Source of the DNA: Xylella taiwanensis
GTDB lineage: Bacteria > Pseudomonadota > Gammaproteobacteria > Xanthomonadales > Xanthomonadaceae
NCBI RefSeq assembly: GCF_013177435.1
Contig: NZ_CP053627.1
Location: 270,001-302,000 of the forward strand
DNA: 32,000 bases
Direction: 5' to 3'
A program made the position numbers and the translations under genes. Under the pieces are notes generated by a model. That model ran no database searches. It saw nothing but the letters and a program-made list of their open reading frames with translations, and was not told where the DNA came from. Positions 29,848-32,000 of the stretch are shown piece after piece. How positions within the stretch are numbered: position 1 is the first letter of the stretch; each line of letters begins with the position of its first letter.

Positions 29848-30953
29848 AAACGGTCTCCTGTGCTCAAACGCGAGTTGGAGCGGAACGGCAGCACCTTTTG
29901 ACCGTCGCTGAGGAACGCTGCGCCGGCAACCACAACCTGTTCCCCTGGCTTGAGTCCGGAGCGGATCTGCACTCGCTCACCTTCGATCGTTCCGAGCACG
30001 ACGTCACGGCGCAACACCACTCCTGCCTTTGGGTGATATACGAACACGATTGCACTGCTGTGATTCACGCCCGGTACCATTGCTGGCAGTGGTACTGAGA
30101 GCGCTGGCGCAGCGGCGGCAGACAGTGCCAATAACAGCGTGTCGCCACTGCGCAGTGGCGTCGTCGTCTCTGTCACATCGAAGATGGCCTGCACGCTGGC
30201 ACCGTTTTCCAAGCGTGGAGACACGCTGCGCAAGCGCAGCGAGATACTTGCTTGCGGTGTATCGGTGCGATTTCCTTGGAACACCCTGTCTGGATTCAGC
30301 CCCTGGGCAATATTGGCTGGTAGGGTGGCCACTGCTTGCAGACGACCTTGCCCTTCCATCTGTAATACAGTCTGACCCGCACCAGTATCGGCTTGCGGTT
30401 GTAAGAGGCGTGCGACGACACTGCCATCGAATGGTGCACGCAGTTCGCTTTGGTGCACTGCGCGTCTGGCCAATGCGTGATTGGACTCGGCCACGTGCAG
30501 ATCTGCCTGCGCAGTGTCTAACGCGACTTGTGCGCTAGTCAGCGTCGCCTGGGAGATCATCGCCTCTTTGAACAACGCTTGCTGCTGATTCAGTTGGGTT
30601 TGGCGTTCGTGCAACTGTGCGGTAGCGGCACGTAAGGTTGCTTCTGCCTGTTGCAGCCTTAGTCGCACTGGTTCTGGGTCCAGGCGGGCTAGGACTTGTT
30701 CATGGCGCACACGGTCGCCGACGTCGACGTTAATGGCAGCAATCCGCCCGCCGTTTTCGAATGCCAGATCTGCACGTTGTTCCTGACGTATGCTGGCTAC
30801 AAACTGAGTCTTGGCGAGATTTTCGGTACCAACAGTCTCCAGTTTTACGGTGCGCAGAAGGGCTGTTTTCGGTTTTGGGTCGCCGTCGCAGCTGCTTAAC
30901 GTCATGACCCCAAGCGTGATGGACATCGTCAGAGTCAGGATTTTGTTCTTCAC
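29844..30953 (-). CDS. RND efflux periplasmic adaptor (membrane fusion protein, HlyD-like) lipoprotein
   Basis: ORF 29844..31145. The GTG at 30953, with GGAGA 6 nt upstream, gives (M)KNKILTLTMSITLGVMTLSSC, a signal peptide with lipobox LSSC. A coiled-coil hairpin (LRLQQAEATLRAA...ALDTAQADL) and beta-barrel regions typical of MFPs follow. Confidence 0.9.
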   Translation of the reverse strand: MKNKILTLTMSITLGVMTLSSCDGDPKPKTALLRTVKLETVGTENLAKTQFVASIRQEQRADLAFENGGRIAAINVDVGDRVRHEQVLARLDPEPVRLRLQQAEATLRAATAQLHERQTQLNQQQALFKEAMISQATLTSAQVALDTAQADLHVAESNHALARRAVHQSELRAPFDGSVVARLLQPQADTGAGQTVLQMEGQGRLQAVATLPANIAQGLNPDRVFQGNRTDTPQASISLRLRSVSPRLENGASVQAIFDVTETTTPLRSGDTLLLALSAAAAPALSVPLPAMVPGVNHSSAIVFVYHPKAGVVLRRDVVLGTIEGERVQIRSGLKPGEQVVVAGAAFLSDGQKVLPFRSNSRLSTGDRL

Positions 30954-31125
30954 AAGGTATCTCCGGCCGTGCTGCCGACCTATCAAAGGTATGTGGTGAG
31001 CGAAATAGTGATAACAATGCTGGTGCGGTGGCATCAGGATTCGGCTGCCGGTGACGTTGTCGATATGCAAAGTTCCGGTCAGTTCCACAGTGTTCGATGC
31101 GTGTTTGGTGAATGGCTGATCGCGT

Positions 31126-31140
31126 GTCACTCTGAGTGAC
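31126..31140. promoter_or_regulatory. 15-bp perfect palindrome upstream of the MFP-RND operon (candidate operator)
   Basis: GTCACTC-t-GAGTGAC is a 7-1-7 palindrome about 175 bp upstream of the proposed MFP start. No regulator gene is adjacent. Confidence 0.3.
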
Positions 31141-31537
31141 CACATGCATACAGATCAGCGATGGATTGACGCTTAATACACTGAAGCAGTGGGTTCTTTT
31201 TTTGGAATTCCCCCAAAGTAAACGGTGATCGCCACAGTTGACCAAAGAGGTGTCCATTCCCGAATCCATTGCGTTACCCTCGGGGTTGCATCACTAAAAC
31301 CTGTCTTTGGCATGGCAACACGTTGCAGCGAGCGATGGTGTGCATCAGGGATTAAGCGTTGGTGTCAGTAGTAGCCATGGAGTCGCTTGGTATCAGTATG
31401 GAACATGGGGGCGCCAATGCTTGTATGTTACCAGTGTTGCTGGGTGTGCCTGAATCCGGTGGCCGGCGAACGTTGTTCTGCTATTGGTCTAGGTTGTTGT
31501 GGAAAGTGTTTGACAAATATTAGGTTGTGCGGAATCA

Positions 31538-31620
31538 GGATGCGCGCGCCTGCATCTAGATGTGAATTGATTCTGGTGCGCCGATACTTCAGGTGCGCGC
31601 CATTCTGACGGTGGCGCGCC
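31538..31620 (+). repeat. four phased GC-rich direct repeats (GGTGCGCGCC-like)
   Basis: The copies are GGATGCGCGCGCC (31538), GGTGCGCC (31575), GGTGCGCGCC (31592) and GGTGGCGCGCC (31610). Start spacings are 37, 17 and 18 nt. Copies 1 and 3 share the prefix TCAGG. Confidence 0.7.
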
Positions 31621-31777
31621 TGGGTGTGGCGATCTTCAGGACACACGGAGGTCGGCTGAATGTCCACAATCTTGAGGGTAGCAGTCTGTTCGTGGCGATT
31701 CAGTTGCCGCTGTCACGCTGACCCCCATCTGTGCTTACGTGATAGGCACTGCATGCGTGTTGTGTTGTTAACGTGGC

Positions 31778-32000
31778 TCAACTGCTGTGCAGGCGTCCTG
31801 TGCTTGGTATCTCTGCGGCGCGAACACACATCACCCAGTTAAACAGCGGTGTCGCCATCAATGTGGAGAGGATCGCCATCAGCACAGAATCGAGAACAGG
31901 CCCTGTTCGATCACATCAGCTTGCAATCCGATATTGATGATCATCAGTTCCATCAGTCCACGTGTGTTTAGCAGCGCACCAATGGCGATTGTTTTGTGAT
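31778..32000 (-). pseudogene. 3' end of a CPA2-type cation/proton antiporter gene, frameshifted (5' part outside window)
   Basis: The minus strand reads HKTIAIGALLNTRGLMELMIINIGLQADVIEQGLFSILC* (stop at 31879-31881). The conserved continuation LMAILSTLMATPLFNWV... runs in another frame to the TGA at 31778-31780. CPA2 proteins have this as one block (NTRGL.EL...NIGL.......LF...VLMA...T..T.PL), which implies a 1-nt deletion in ctg(g)tgctgatggcg. Confidence 0.6.

Noticed and set aside
31538-31640. I considered whether the GC-rich direct repeats form a CRISPR array.
   Set aside because: The repeat units are only about 10 nt, the spacers are 7-25 nt and irregular, there are only four copies, and no cas genes are nearby.

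Overview
Most of this window is core-genome housekeeping operons, all on the + strand. In order: the 3' end of a DUF885-like gene carrying an in-frame stop; tgt-yajC-secD-secF; tRNA-Glu(CUC) on the minus strand; pcnB-folK-panB-panC-panD-pgi; two decayed DDE-transposase relics; an initiator tRNA-fMet with its own promoter; an ORF-free spacer of about 1.5 kb; and rimP-nusA-infB-rbfA-truB-rpsO-pnp. The last 8.5 kb is more accessory. It holds an HxlR-type regulator divergent from a QorB/YtfG-like NAD(P)H:quinone oxidoreductase, about 1.4 kb of apparent gene relics (one msrA-like), a translationally coupled MFP-RND efflux pair on the minus strand, a non-coding region with phased GC-rich repeats, and the frameshifted 3' end of a CPA2 cation/proton antiporter. 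Protein sequences and gene order look Xanthomonadales-like. The moderate GC and the number of relics are reminiscent of Xylella, but that is inference only. I see no intact, convincing novel multi-gene system such as a defence island, CRISPR array or toxin-antitoxin pair. The most unexplained signals are non-coding or decay-related: (1) the ORF-free spacer that separates tRNA-fMet from rimP; (2) the atypical acceptor end of that tRNA; (3) a perfect 25-bp-arm inverted repeat between pnp and the HxlR gene; (4) an RND pump whose AcrB-type proton-relay pair is replaced by Asn/Asn; (5) phased GGTGCGCGCC-like repeats upstream of the efflux operon. All homology statements come from reading the translations and from memory of E. 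coli or Xanthomonas orthologues. No database search was run.
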